NCBI GenBank assembly: GCA_021162685.1
Contig: JAGGYF010000003.1
Location: 1 to 37,098 of the forward strand
Direction: 5' to 3'
DNA length: 37,098 bases
Origin: Candidatus Iainarchaeum sp.
GTDB taxonomy: Archaea; B1Sed10-29; WALL01
Shown one piece after another: positions 36,291 to 37,098 of the stretch; position 1 is the first letter of the stretch; every line of letters begins with the position of its first letter. The notes below the pieces were generated by a model. That model saw only the letters and a program-made list of their open reading frames with translations, did no database searches and was not told the origin of the DNA. The position numbers and the translations under genes are program-made.

Positions 36291-37052
36291 ATGGGTATGC
36301 CAAGAAGAAGAGCAGGTATAACAGCAGAGGAAGCAAGGAAGAGAATAGAAAGAAAGAGGCCTCCAACTCGCTACCAGGTAAATGAAGCCGAACAGACATT
36401 CAGAGTAGCATCCAAGCTAAACAGAGCAGAGGTGGAGTTCATAGGAACAAATATGCGTATCCCTCTTACAACAGGGCTTGTTTCAGATCTGAGAAAGGTA
36501 GCAGAAAAAGTCAATAAAATCACTGGGGCAAAAGGAGGCACAAAAAGGAGGAGCATAGAGTTTGATATGTGGGTCAAAAGGGAAGACGACCATCTTCTCC
36601 TGGAATTAAAGAATCTACCAAAGAGAGAAAACCCTAGCACATTATCAAGATACTATAGACAATCGGCAGTGATTCTGTCTCTAATAAAGGATAATCCGCA
36701 CCTTCTCGGTACTGCATATACTCGCAGTGTGCCTCTTGAAGGCGTTGGGAATCCACGTTACACTGTTCCTGTTGAAAAGTGGCAGAATGGAAAAAGGATA
36801 GGATACGTTTTAGTAGTAGATAGAAACCCAACAGAGAAAGAATGGAGACTGATAGAAAAGATAAGAGATAAAACGGGAATCCATATCCCTATTATAAGGG
36901 ATGTTGAGATAATACCCTTCTTACAGCACTTGGGTGAGGGAAAAGAGAAAGGTGTGTTCGCAGGAAGAGAGCAGAGGATAGTATTACATAACTACGAGCC
37001 AAAAGGCCCTATAGATAAATATCTAGGCAAATCTAAATCAAAACGAGATTGA
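36291..37052 (+). CDS. Hypothetical basic protein
   Basis: 253-aa ORF starting 10 nt after the tRNA; Arg-rich N-terminus (MGMPRRR); no family recognised. Confidence 0.65.
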   Translation: MGMPRRRAGITAEEARKRIERKRPPTRYQVNEAEQTFRVASKLNRAEVEFIGTNMRIPLTTGLVSDLRKVAEKVNKITGAKGGTKRRSIEFDMWVKREDDHLLLELKNLPKRENPSTLSRYYRQSAVILSLIKDNPHLLGTAYTRSVPLEGVGNPRYTVPVEKWQNGKRIGYVLVVDRNPTEKEWRLIEKIRDKTGIHIPIIRDVEIIPFLQHLGEGKEKGVFAGREQRIVLHNYEPKGPIDKYLGKSKSKRD

Positions 37053-37098
37053 TAATCAACTACCAAAACTATAACCAAAGCAACTGCCTCGGTAGCTC

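Noticed and set aside
36166-36399. ORFs 36185-36385 and 36166-36399
   Set aside because: They overlap tRNA-Ser and the downstream gene; shadow ORFs.

Overview
Archaeal chromosomal window, most likely from a DPANN-type lineage (inferred from TATA/BRE promoters, GGTG(A) ribosome-binding sites, leaderless genes, BHB-intron tRNAs, form III RuBisCO, class III signal-peptide pilins and giant membrane-anchored surface proteins). From left to right: a cluster of pilin-fusion and surface proteins (1-5150) interrupted by a ~210-bp double-hairpin element; a UbiD + LpdD-like operon; a Doc toxin with an unannotated downstream micro-ORF that looks like its antitoxin; a 1555-aa surface protein coupled to a membrane-tethered winged-helix-like protein; a candidate sRNA; XPD helicase; a pyrF pseudogene with an internal deletion; PfkB kinase + HAD phosphatase; Zn-finger protein + Hsp20; form III RuBisCO; a PIN protein; a second 1642-aa surface protein; UppP; a solo Cas4; a type IV pilin; tRNA-Gly(CCC) with a D-loop intron; a methyltransferase; a peptidase cluster (HExxH orphan, M24, M29, Zn finger, M50-CBS); and tRNA-Ser(CGA) with a 37/38 intron preceded by a duplicated 61-bp structured repeat. 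No CRISPR array, transposase, integrase or reverse transcriptase was seen. The best candidate for a new system is a modular pilin-payload set: a pilin fused to a 7-bladed propeller whose base composition differs from its flanks, a pilin-like signal fused to an M64 protease, and a stand-alone paralogous pilin. All family assignments come from motif recognition by eye, not database searches.
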